Assembly: GCF_947568905.1 (NCBI RefSeq)
Contig: NC_079169.1
Location: 78,678,001 to 78,742,000 of the forward strand
DNA: 64,000 nt
Direction: 5' to 3'
From: Ostrea edulis
Taxonomy: Eukaryota
A model generated the notes under the pieces. That model was not told where the DNA came from and made no database searches. It was given only the letters and a program-made list of their open reading frames with translations. The position numbers and the translations under genes were made by a program. How positions within the stretch are numbered: position 1 is the stretch's first letter; each line of letters begins with the position of its first letter. This document shows, in pieces, positions 1 to 11,811 of this stretch.

Positions 1-925
1 ACTCTTCAGATCAACAGTGATCATGTTACTGTAGTAATCATGGTAATAATTATATATCAGGATTGTCAAGTGCTTGGAATTTTTCAAGGCAAGTCCCGGA
101 CTCAGAGAAAATATAAACAACTTGAGTCCCAAGAAAATTTCACAAGTCATTTTTGTATCAGATCTTTAAGAAAGGTAAAATTGTGAGAAATTTTTCTGCA
201 CTCCTATTTAATATGAACAGAAGCTGACACATTCCTCTGTTTAATTACCTCATTCTCAAACAAATTGCAAACAATGCATGTGTTAGTAATTCTATAATAA
301 TTACCTTCCCAATGCATATTGCCATAATTATGATTAAATTATGTAATAATTTGCTATTTACCCTTGGATTATTTAACGACAGCCATATACACTCTTAAGT
401 CATATCAGACATCCTTGCGTTCCAAATATATAATTTTCCACGTCTTGGATGCAAATTCTTGTGTTATAGTAACAATTTACCCTGTATATGTTTGCACATG
501 ATTATTCTATAGATGTAAAAAATATTTTTAAGTTAACATGACACTCAATACTCCAGCATGCTAAAGATTCACTGCAGATATTTTTGATTCGCCGCCGCAT
601 AACGAGGTATATAAGGGACATTAACTGAGGTTCTAACTTGTTGAAGTAGGCACTTTATCTGTAATTATTACTTGCTACTAAACTATACTCATTAGAACAA
701 TTGCACCAACTACTCTTATTGAGATATGTGCAATTCTTATGATAAACAACATTTAAACTGTCAATTACTGAATATAGTGATAGAATTTAAAAAAAAAAAA
801 GTGTGTGCTTTCACTTCCTACAATATATCTGGAAGGTGCTTCTACTTCACGGTTTCATGCACATAATCCCATATATGAATACACAATGCTTATCATGAAT
901 GGCACGGTTAGCATTGAAAACATAC

Positions 926-1207
926 CCACGACGGGAGATCTTCCACACGAGCTAAAATAGCACTCTGTTCATCCCTTGCGATGTCTTGTCGAATTTCTAT
1001 CTGCAATTTTTTGCGCTGGCCTTGACGTTCTTTCCATACATACAAAATCAATCCAATGAGAAGCCAACTTGGACTAAAGTTGAGGTAACCCGACAACCAA
1101 ACTCCAACTGCAACTCCTGCAAGCTTAAAGTACTTAAAGACTACATTTACAAGTTGAGTTTCCTCGATCCGTGCTTTCCTTGGGGATTTTGGTGCTACGT
1201 CAGACAT
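926..1207 (-). CDS. ESYT2: Extended synaptotagmin (E-Syt), first coding exon (94 codons); gene continues beyond the left edge
   Basis: MSDVAPK...hydrophobic hairpin (LAGVAVGVWLSGYLNFSPSWLLIGLILYVW)...AILARVEDLPSW matches the E-Syt N-terminus just before the SMP domain. Phase-0 donor TGG|GTATGT at 926/925. Paralog number is not resolvable. Confidence 0.85.
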
Positions 1208-1559
1208 TGTAAAACTTCAGACTTATTTACTGCTTGTACAATCACTAATCTGTAATGGACCTGTACATCAACATTTTTCTTGCAGACAGCCCACCTGAAC
1301 AGACGAGTCTATTGGCATTTCGAGGGGGTTTTAGATATATACTGGATGAAACAATCTCTTCGGATAAAATTGGATTCCTTCCAATTCTTTTGTTTGGCGA
1401 ATTTCGGATACATTCAAGATCTTTTAAATATTTCTAAACAATTAATTGATAAATCTTTTTAAAGAAAGAAAAATGAAACACTATAGTTTGATTTGTAAAG
1501 AAGAATATTGATAGATTTACTTCTTTGATCGGGATCGAGATGTGCATAATTTTTACAAA
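1208..1559. promoter_or_regulatory. Putative bidirectional promoter between ESYT (-) and ABT1 (+)
   Basis: Two divergent start codons are only 352 bp apart. Confidence 0.6.
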
Positions 1560-1761
1560 ATGGAAGGAAAAACAAGCGTGGAGGAGCTATCTGAGAATGA
1601 AACTGTTGATTATGTTGAAGAAAAATCAAAAAAGCGACGAAAACCACCAGAACCTGGTGTAATCTACTTGAGTAAAATACCAGCATTGATGAATGTAAAA
1701 ACAGTAAAAGATATTTTCAGTCAGTATGGCGAAATAGGGAAGATTTTCCTTCAACCAAATG
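1560..1761 (+). CDS. ABT1: Activator of basal transcription 1 / Esf2 (RRM pre-rRNA processing factor), exon 1
   Basis: MEGKTS...PGVIYLSKIP...YGEIGKIFLQPN; donor G|GTGAGC, phase 1. Confidence 0.9.
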
Positions 1762-1779
1762 GTGAGCACAACTACCAGT

Positions 1780-2435
1780 AATCTCAGCGAGATTCGTCGA
1801 GGCTGGATATTTGGACTGACGCCTCTTCCAAATCTCAGACCAGTGTCACACAAAGTGATTCGGGAAATCTTGCCTGAACTTCGGCCGCTTGTTGCGATTA
1901 AAATGGGTTAAACTTAATTTCTTGTCCGCTTCAACTTCTCCTAACTCCCTATCAGTATCACAATGAAACATACATTTCTTACCTTTACATGGTGTAAATC
2001 CCACAGTAAATAAAGTTGACTATTTTCGAAGCCGTTGCAAACGGCCTTTTCAACACTGAATTGTTCCAATAGTTTGGGACGCCTTCAAATAGATTAAATA
2101 TTACTCAGTTTTCTTTTTATTGCTTTTAATTTTTATGCTTAAAATGCTTGGTACAAAGTAATTGTCAATCAGTAAGTTCTGTATTTCCAATTGTAGTACA
2201 AATTGTCATGAAATAGAGTATCAGAACTCGTCCATGTTGAGAAGTAGAAAGTTAATGGATGTCTAAGGCGAAAAGTTGAAGCGGACAAGAAATTCAGTTT
2301 AACCCTTTTTAATCGCAACAATTTTAGCGGCCGAAGTTCAGGCAAGATTTCCCGAATCTATTTGTGTGACACTGGTCTGAGATTCGGAAGAGGCATCAGT
2401 CCAAATATCCAGCCTCGACGAATCTCGCTGAGATT
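1780..2435. mobile_element. MITE, 656 bp, with ~158-bp terminal inverted repeats (AATCTCAGCGAGATTCGTCGAGG...)
   Basis: 1780-1937 is the near-perfect reverse complement of 2273-2435. Confidence 0.85.
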
Positions 2436-2726
2436 TAACTATCAGTATCAAGTAAAAGAGTGCATTCAAGACCGCCGTTCCCAATGTCTTGCTCCTTTCT
2501 TAGAGTCGCAAATGATGAGAATATGTGCGCACGAACATGTTCTTGTTCTTCGACCACACCACCCATAAATGTGGTGTGAGATTTTAAACTCCGAAACGTT
2601 CTTGTGATGCGAACTGGACTTTCGGGATCGGAAGGAATTTGTACTCGTGCAAAGAATGGCTGTCTCGAACACGCTTTACGAGTTTATGGAATGAACACAC
2701 TTGTTTCAGGATTTACTTAAGGGTAA

Positions 2727-3548
2727 CAGTCTGAGAATTTAACTTTTTAAATGGCATAGACAATAGGTCAATGTCTTTTTGATGCAGCATAGACCTATGG
2801 CATTTTGCACAGACCTGACCAAAACTCCTTGCAGGGAACACACCACATTTCTCTTTCCTCGAATTTCAACCATACGTGTCCGTTCTGCCTGTGTGGCTTG
2901 ACTTCGCGTTTTCTTTCTTTTTCATATAGCTTGCGTTTTTCTTGTTTTGATTCTTTTGTTTGTTTGACACCTTTTGGTATAATGCCAGGCTTTGCGCCTT
3001 GAAAATACTTTAACTGCGGAATCATTTACTCTGCGTTTGTTGACCTTCACGTCAAAATTATTTCTGCTAAGTCAGACGTATATCATCATGATCATTTTGT
3101 TTTGATATTCTTGCAATATTTGAATATTTGGGAAATACAAGGACAACTCTAGTTTTATTGTTGAGGAAAATTTAAATTTAAAAATTGATCCCAATAAAAT
3201 TCACCAACGCAGATTTTTTGCATCAACATTTAAAGACATACGAATCATATGCTGAACAATTTGTCTAGTCTAGAGCACTATAGTCATTGTCATCAAAACG
3301 CTTAGACACTTAAACTGTCATATACTTTAAAATTAATGGAAGGAAAATCCAGGTCACAAAAATAGATTTTGACGAAAAGGGAAAATATTTATTTTAATTG
3401 CATTATCTCACGCACACATATCATAATTATTCCTTTGTTTCTTAGAATTTGGCTTAGACAATTCGGGATATCTTATTTGCACATGGCATGGCCCGACCTC
3501 ATTTGGCATAGCCGCTGTCTATCGGTCTACCGTTAAATTCTCAGACTG
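2727..3548 (-). mobile_element. Internally deleted hAT-type DNA transposon (ZNF862-like N-terminal remnant)
   Basis: Perfect 17-bp TIR CAGTCTGAGAATTTAAC / GTTAAATTCTCAGACTG, flanked by GGGTAA on both sides. Internal ORF 2795-3025 (...WLKFEEREMWCVPCKEF) resembles the Zn-finger start of ZNF862-like hAT transposases. Confidence 0.7.
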
Positions 3549-4815
3549 GGGTAACTTGGGGACAGGTGTATTGTATATACAGTCCCTGAAACGTTCTACT
3601 TTCCCACTTGGACGGTGAGCACACAGAGAGCAAAAGGTGAACGCACGCATAGCGAATGGTGAGCGCACAGTGAACGCACGGAGAGCAAAAGGTGAACGCA
3701 CGCATAGTGAATGGTGAACGCACACAGAGCAAACGGTGAAGGCAATTTGGTGAACGGTGAGCGCACAGTGAACGCAAAATTGTCTCTTCATTCGGTACAT
3801 TTCTGATTTATAATTAGGTAGACAATATATATATATATTAATACATCTGTTTGTTCATTTTTGTGCAAGTACTGGATGTATATTTGTCATGAAAATGATC
3901 AAAAATTTCACATCAATGCACATAGCAATCATGCACAAACAAAAGAAAATTTCATATGTACATTGTTTACAGTATTACAGATACATGTATACATGAAAAA
4001 TAGAATACTGTACATGTACATGTGTACACGAAAAATAGAATACTGTACATGTACATGTGTACACGAAAAATAGAAACGTATTATTTAGAATTCTTGGGGT
4101 TTCATAAATCATCAATATTGGTGTGTCATCTTGGTACCGTATACTACATGTGATCATACATGTATATTTTGACTTAAGATGGATAAATTAATATTTAATT
4201 TCTTAATACAAGAGTATAAACGATTCATGTGAACTAAAGGTACATGTAGTCTAGTAATTAGCGCCAAGAATTTACAGGTGTACATGCATAACTTCAAAAT
4301 TTGCGAGCGCGGTCGTTTGGATTACATGCACGATTAAAAGATATTCCCGAAAGGAGTCAAGATAAATGCATTAAACAACCAACACTGGTAGAACAGATAT
4401 CTCGTGTTGACACCTGAACGCTTCTAAATAGTATAAAAGGTTTATTCCCATGTACATTTTGAGTAATTCACTTTACTGCAAATACATGTATAGTATATCG
4501 ACCTGAGGAAATAATCCCAGAATTAATGTACGAACGTACAAAATAAATAGTGTGACCATGAATTTACATTTAGATTGTGCAATATTCGTAAATTTTTTAT
4601 GCGGATAAAACTTTTTATTGTACTGAACTATACGTATATTATGTGGGGCAGAAATGTACAAGAAATATTTCATCTTCATATTAGAGACAAACTATTTAAA
4701 AGTTTCATTAAATTTGGGGAAAGTAATAAATACATTTATTGACAATGTCTCCCATAAATACAGGCGTAAAATAATCAGAAATACTTGTCAAATCAATTTG
4801 ACATTTGGGCACAAT

Positions 4816-4893
4816 CATCTTCGCAAGCCAAGTGTCCGATTCGCTTACTCTCATCTACCAGTAAGCGAATCGGACACTTGGCTTGCGAAGATG
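4816..4893. mobile_element. 78-bp hairpin micro-MITE with 9-bp TSD
   Basis: 34-bp perfect arms (CATCTTCGCAAGCCAAGTGTCCGATTCGCTTACT), 10-nt loop, flanked by GGGCACAAT (4807-4815) and GGGCATAAT (4894-4902). Confidence 0.75.
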
Positions 4894-5186
4894 GGGCATA
4901 ATGTGCAGTGTAGCATTGTAAGAGAAGGAGGGGGGGGGGGGGGTAAGAAAAATAATAAACTTATATAGAATTCTTGTCAAGTGAGACAAAATGAAATGTT
5001 ACAGTAATAAATTGTGATTTTGCTGAAAATGTTAAAATGATAATTCGGGTGGGGCGAGATATCCATTTACTGAAACTGCCTCATTTTCATACACGTACCA
5101 GCGCCCGTTGCTCGTTCTTTGCTACATGTACATGTATAAGGGTTAAATTCATAACTGAAGGCTCTTGCATTTTTCTCTCATTCAGA

Positions 5187-5274
5187 ACCATTACAAAACA
5201 CAAGTATTGTTTGGTTAAAAAGTGGGAGAATTCTCCCACTTTTTAACCAAACAATACTTGTGCTTTGTAATGGT
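5187..5274. repeat. 88-bp loopless palindrome
   Basis: 44-bp arms centred on GAGAA|TTCTC (5230/5231), one mismatch. Confidence 0.9.
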
Positions 5275-7449
5275 AATAACAATGATTTATTGATGAGTGA
5301 TCTGCAGTTTTCCTTGAATCTTTGCAGTTGATAATCCTGATATTTGTACTTTATGAATTAAATTCCTGATATAATTAGAAAGTTTACTTTCACCCCTATG
5401 CACACGTTCCTTTTGCATTTTGCCTTGCCATGAAAATCAATCCTTTGACTTTGGTGTTCCGAATGACAGTGAATGGTGAACGCATGGAGAGCGAATGATG
5501 AACGTACGGTGAGCGAACGGGAAAATGGTAAAGTAGAATGTTTCAGGGACTATATATGCATCTAGGTGATCCTTGATAACTTGAAGTACAAGCACAGGGG
5601 CATCTTATTGCAGGAGTAATCTTTTCCTGTGCGTGATCGATGACAATGCAGACAACTTGAATCATTTTCATTTACAAAACTCATTAAATTAAATATGAAA
5701 GGATTAGACTATGTCGGACTTGTATTACGAGATGTTTAACACCCTTTGGATAGGAAGATTCGATCTGTTTCTTGGAACTAAGGTGAATTTGAGCTTTGTT
5801 TACAACCGGTATCCTATTTTCGTGTCATCCCTTTTTAAATATTTGTATATAGATTGAGAACAAAATGGATAAGAAACCCCTGTGGTTCAAGGGACGTTGA
5901 TAAAACTGCGAGACATGGAAAGTCAAGTCAAATCCGGAAATTAAAGGTCCGATTATAATGGTTCAAATTTTGTAGTAACTGGATTGTATATTTACAACAT
6001 CCTAGGATATTGCTTTGACATGTTTTCCTTCATGTTATTAGGTCATTGACATGATTTCAACACAACTCTATCTAGCTTATCGAATAAGTTTATGTATTTA
6101 TTTGTTAAATTCTTTTTCTATGCTAAAATAGATGTACATGTTTATATATAAATTACAAGATAACTTTTTCATATTTAAAGAAAGTTTCACATCACTAACT
6201 ACACACTATCAAAGCACAATGTTACAATTTCCATTTGTTTTATACAATTAAAGCACAAATGTTACAATTTCCATTGGTTTTATACAATTAAAGTACAGTC
6301 TTATAAATAAGGATGTTTCATAGGCAGGTCTCTGAATTATTTTCTCAATTACTGTCTCCTTGGGAAATCCAAACAAATGTAAATTGAATTCATAGTCAGA
6401 TTTTATAACAAATTAAGCACAGGTGTAAGTGAATACTGACCAATTAAAAAATTTAGTTTTTACCCCAAAAAGAAGCCCAGGCTATGTGGTACTTATATGT
6501 AAACTCCTAATTAACATGGTCAGGCATTCACTGTTATCCAGGCAATTGGGTCCTAGCCGAAATAATTATATGCTTTAGTGATGGCATTACTACTACTTCA
6601 AGAGATTTGGAGTGAAAAATAATGAAATATATTGTCCCAAGTTTCACTTCAAGATATCGAGAACTTTGAGAGATCAAACACAGTAAATTTGTTTAGTTAT
6701 ATTAATATAGAGAAAAACTGACTCCATGAGTTCACTTTGTATAATTCATTGAGATGTTATGAGTTTGGAGAAAATCCAAGTGAATTCGTCCCAATTACCT
6801 ACCTGTTCATCCCGAGTGCATGGTTTCACCCCTACTCACTTGATAATGGATGTTTATAAAAGACAAATGTCATGAATGTGGTCAGGCTGATCGAGCATTT
6901 TAAATAAAGCGATGATAATGTCATTTTGTTTTTTAAAATATTGGCCAAGACATGATATTAGAGATATAATTGCTTATGATATCAAAGTTTCACATTTAAA
7001 CATATATCAAGTTATCTAATGTACAAAGTAAATCCACTTCTAATGTTAAACTAATTTTTGTTCCTACATGGACGAAAAATAAAAGAGCTAATTTGCGTAT
7101 TCTGTGGCTTCACTTAGATAATGTTACGTCACTTTTGACTGATGATGGCGGATGCAACAAAACAACCAGTCTACAGAAATGGTTCCAATGGTAAAAAATA
7201 GGCTGGCACCAGAGGTGTTTGACCTTTTTAATATGTATAATTTTAAAAATTGCCTTTCTGTAAACAAACTTTTCACATTCAAGGTATATCATGCTACCAT
7301 TTTGGATTATTTTTAGCAATTTTTAAACGAACCCCAGGAAGAACCAAATATTGTCGGAGAAAATCTTAGTGTGCCGGCCATACCTACCGTTTCGTGCAGA
7401 CCTTTAATTCATAAAGCGTACAATCCACTCTAAAAAGTGGTCAGCATTT

Positions 7450-7540
7450 TGTGCAGACCGTTCATTGTTCCATGCAAACCATTCACCGTTCCATACAGAC
7501 CGTTCACTGTTCCATGCAAACCATTCACCGTTCCATGCAA
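7450..7540. repeat. Short ~21-bp tandem repeat (~4 units)
   Basis: (CAGACCGTTCACTGTTCCATG / CAAACCATTCACCGTTCCATG) alternating. Confidence 0.75.
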
Positions 7541-8897
7541 GAATCGTTTTGTACCATTCCATTATCAGAGTTGTCTCTCTTATGCATCAATAAAACCAAC
7601 AAAATAATGAAATTTCTCAATTTTATTTATCTATAGTAGATTACATTATCTTCATATACAGTGTCTATATTCTTAAATTTACCATTATCTGTTGAAGAAA
7701 TGTTAAATTGCGCTCAGAGCTATAATCAGGAGAGTCTTTTATATCAAAACTTAAAGAACCTTCAAGAAGTTTTTTAAACAAAAATCATCAATTATAATTA
7801 TAAGGGCAATGTCCATTTAGAAATGGCCCCAGTGTGAGATTTGACTTGTTAAAATCTTATTAGCAGTTACTGAAATATTTGAAAGATTAACCTGACTCAA
7901 TTTGCATACTTACATTTATGTAGTACATATACATCCAATACATTTACATCACATGCCTGATGGGATCATGAATTTCTCTGTACCTGCTGGCAGAGTTTTC
8001 AGGCATCTGATTCAATGCTTGGTAAATACTTGGCAGCATCAAGTGGTTCATTTTAATCAACACAAACTATTTTTTTTATATTCTGTGTATCATTTCTACA
8101 AGTTTTATCAATTAACATGTATTAACAATGTTGTTACTGGTATTTGTTTTGTTGTTTAAATTTCATTAAGTATGTGAATGTTCAATGAGTGTATTTATAG
8201 TTTTTGTCTTTGTCATGATATCTTTACCAAATGATAGGTATTTCGTCATCAATACACTGCAGTTTTGAACAATACGTACATGATGAATCTTGGTATTAGA
8301 TATGATACGTCTGTTTTAATGGCTAGGAATTCTGACAGAAATGAAAGTATAATGTAAATACATGTATAAAAATTACATTTTTGAAAATATATGAGGGAAT
8401 GAACGGCAGTGCTTCATCACATTAGCTTGAAATTTAGTCCTTTAAACATTTTACTTTGGTAATTTCTTCTTTTTCCTCACTCTTTTAAGATTCCTCACTG
8501 TAAGCTCCATGTTCCCATTTTTAGACTCTGCATTTGAACCGATTTGTCATCTTTCTTGCAGTAGCAATCACATTTTTCTCACATCGACGTTTCTGACAGT
8601 TTGCATTCACTTTACATTCATACATGTAATTCATGGTCTATAGCTATGTACACTGTACATCTCATTGTTCACTAACATTTTTATTTAGATCTTCCAACTT
8701 TAAGAACTTAGTAAAGCAAAGTTAAAAATTTGAATAACTGACAAGCAAATAACTTACTATTTAGAACACTCTGTATTCTGATCACAAGTGATTCTAGGAA
8801 AATATTACAGGTGTGCAATTGCAACTTCATTCTATATATATATATGTTGGGTAAAATGAAAACAAATCCAGCAACACAAAATATCAATACAGTCACT

Positions 8898-9074
8898 GTG
8901 GCAAATCCAGAGGGGATTTCCGGGGGTTAGAAACACCCCTTCCCCCTTTGTCAGAAAATTTTGCTATAGAACAGGTAAAAATAACACATTTTGAGGGTGG
9001 AACCCCAACCCCCTTTGGAAACCAAAATTAATGGTAGAACCCCCCCCCCCCTTTAAAAAATTCATGGATCCACC
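8898..9074. mobile_element. Degenerate short MITE of the GGCGGATCCAG...GGATCCGCCC type
   Basis: GTGGCAAATCCAG at the left and CATGGATCCACCC at the right, with G/C tracts inside. Confidence 0.4.
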
Positions 9075-9193
9075 CTTGAAATGCTAGATAGTGACTGAAG
9101 CAAATATTGTGCAAGTTGAATTCAGACAGTCACAACTAAATCATTACAAACAAAATGGGTACCTTTGTGTCATAATGTCCATTTTCAATACAG

Positions 9194-9362
9194 AAAAAGC
9201 TCCAAACACGAAAAAGGGACGTCTGTTTACCGAGGGTTGGGTGGAGTTTCTGAATAAGAAAATAGCCAAGCAGGTGGCAGAAAGTCTGAACAATACCCTG
9301 ATTGGAGGAAAGAAGAAAAGCCGCTGGCACGATGAAATGTGGAATATCAAATATCTTCACAG
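9194..9362 (+). CDS. ABT1: ABT1 exon 2
   Basis: Acceptor TTTCAATACAG|; ...[28 protein letters not shown]...WNIKYLHR; donor AG|GTAATC. Phases match exons 1 and 3. Confidence 0.92.
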
Positions 9363-9397
9363 GTAATCTGTAGCACTTAAATTGTGGGTTTTTTTTA

Positions 9398-11010
9398 TTT
9401 TTAGCTCACCAGAATTGAAAACTCAAGTGAGCTTGTCTGATCACCATTTGTCTGTCATATGTCTGTCTGTCTATAAACTTTTCACATTTTCATCTTCCTT
9501 TCCAAAACTACTGAGCCAATTTCAATCAAATTTGGCATACATCATCCTTGGGTGATTGTCATTAAGTATGGTATTGTAATTACCAATACTCCTGAATCGC
9601 TAGGATTACTCAAATAAACACAACCAAGTCCAATTTCAATAAACAAAAATTTAATTACAGAAAAGATTTACAACAGAAATAGTAAAAAAAAAAAAAAAGA
9701 AATACTGTTGAAAAATAACAAACCTAGTCGACTCTAAATTGTATAAGTTTTTCAGAATATTATTGTACACTTACACTAATACTGTCGAGATTTAGAACCG
9801 GTTTTGAATAAATTTTAACAACAGATATATTCAGTATACTTTTCTTAAATACAATAACTCAATATGAGAATCAATTCGAAGTGTTCAAATCTCTGCCATC
9901 TGTTTGTGAGCATCAGATAATTTCTGTTCTTGATCCAGATAATAAGAATTTGATGACACAACATAAACACACAACACAGTGTAGACTTTTACAGAACAGG
10001 TGACACACAGTACAGCAGGTAAGACATGACGTTGTTCCTGCTCCCGGATATTAACGTGCCAGGCAGTCATTTCTGACTCCAACAGGTCACCACACCTTGC
10101 ACCTTCTGAATATTGACTGAGGAACTAGTCCGCGTCCCTGTACTTAGTCTCATCCTGTCAGTAGTGTTTTAACACAAACCCACATCCCCTTGTAATTGGT
10201 CTTAACATTTCAAACTGCCCAACCTCGGGAACACGGAGGTAATGCGTCCATTCACTCACCCTGCCTGCACGGACTGAACTGAGGTATTTAAACACTCACC
10301 CTGACTGCACGGACTGAACTGAGGTATTTAAACACTCACCCTGACTGCACGGACTGAACTGAGGTATTTAGATACTTTGACATGTCAGCTGAGCGAGTGG
10401 ACAAACGGGTTGTGTCAGCAAATAAAGGGAAAACATAAAACATGATAACCAACTCCTATCAAGTATGTTATAGTGATTCAGATAAAGGGCCATGCTCCCT
10501 TCAAAGGAAAGATAATCAAGAAAAGGCAGAAGTAGTGTGAGGTCATGTAAGAGAACCACTGGGCCAGAATAGTTGAAATTACATGAAAGCTGACATAGTG
10601 CAGATTCAGGTTTGCTCAAATCATGGTCCCTAGGGGTTGGATGGGGCCACAATAGGGATCAATATTTTACATGTGGATATATAGGGAAAATCTATGCCCC
10701 TGTGACTATAATTTGGGGCATATTGTTTTGTCCTGTCTGTCTATCAGAAACTATAACCTTGTTCCTAATTTTTGAATGGTGAGTGATATGGCTCTTATAT
10801 TTCATATGCACTGTGAAATCCATTGTGAAAAGACCTGTTTTGGTACCAGCTAGGGTTTTAAACCTTGTAGTTTAAAAAAAAATGTAACCTATTCAATATC
10901 TCCTGAACTATTTAAGGTAGATCTTTCATGTTTTGTTTATAGATTTCTTAAGGTAAGACCTTTTATACCATATAACCTTGTTGCTTTGACCTTCTCCAGA
11001 ACAGCAAGGC
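9398..11010 (+). mobile_element. Helentron-associated (HINE-like) element(s) with a Cg170-like satellite monomer, interrupted by an insertion
   Basis: TTTTAGCTCACC...AAGTGAGCTT..CTGATCA start, TGTC microsatellite, then the Cg170-like unit at ~10480-10690 (AGAACCACTGGGCC...CAAATCATGGTCCC). A second HINE-like start occurs at ~10693. Confidence 0.65.
9557..10472 (-). mobile_element. Probable solo LTR (916 bp) with 5-bp TSD GTGAT
   Basis: GTGAT|TGTCATT ... TGTTATA|GTGAT. The HINE sequence stops before it and resumes after it. Contains three copies of a 40-bp unit (10253-10370). Confidence 0.5.
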
Positions 11011-11426
11011 CGTGTGAGCACATGACTTACAACTCAATTACCTTTAAAAAAAAAAACAATCCCAGGATATTGTAAATACATAATCATGTTATTATAGAAT
11101 CTGAATCGTAATGGTCGGACCTTTAATTTCCAGATTTGACTCAACCTTTGAACTCTGGAAGAGGTCCTTTGAACGTTATCTCGAGTCACCTGTAGTATGA
11201 AATGAATTTAACCAACACCTGATTATACATGTACATTGCATGATATCTGGGTAGTAGAAAATTCAACTCTGAACAACAGAAATTTACAAACCTCCAATTT
11301 TGATTTATATTCATCTATCATCATGTAATATATGATATTCTTTTCATTGCATTTTTTCCCCTTGGTTAGCAGCAGTTCACAGTACTGTGTCAGCATTATA
11401 CTACATGTCTGAAATTTTATTTATAG

Positions 11427-11811
11427 GTTTAAGTGGGCTCATTTGAATGAGAGGCTGGCTTATGAAAAAGCTGTTCACAAACAGAGGCTAAGGACAGAGA
11501 TTGCTCAAGTGAAAAGAGTTGCCAACTTTCACATTCAAAATTCAGAGACACGGCAGAAACGTAAAGCCATAAAGGAGAGGAAACAGAAACAAGGAAAAAG
11601 TGTGGAAAGTGACGATGAAAAGGGAGATTACGAAATAGCTCAAAGGGACACCGAGGAGGAAACGATGGCAAAAAAACGGAAATTGGACTCTGTTGGAGAG
11701 ATTAGCAAAGGAGGGAAGAGGAAAAAGGAAGGAATTAACAAGAAATCATTTTTTGCCAGGACTTCTCTGATACAAAATATGTTTTCAGGAGGATTAGATG
11801 AAGGTGATTAA
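11427..11811 (+). CDS. ABT1: ABT1 exon 3 (to stop); spliced CDS 756 nt = 251 aa
   Basis: Acceptor TTTATAG|G; RFKWAHLNERLAYEKAVHKQRLRTEIAQVKR is the conserved ABT1/Esf2 motif; TAA at 11809-11811. Confidence 0.92.

Larger units (their letters stand above)
3580..5552. mobile_element. Non-autonomous Tc1/mariner-like element, ~1.97 kb, TA target
   Basis: TA|CAGTCCCTGAAACGTTCTACTTTCCCA ... TGGTAAAGTAGAATGTTTCAGGGACTA|TA. Subterminal GTGAACGC/GTGAGCGC repeats at 3615-3780 and 5468-5520. Confidence 0.7.

Noticed and set aside
1-925. Further ESYT exons
   Set aside because: No frame encoding the expected SMP-domain start (..FPD.ER.EW.N) found; the next exon probably lies outside the window.
1626-2568. 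Twin ORFs MCDTGLRFGRG... on opposite strands
   Set aside because: Artefact of the MITE inverted repeats.
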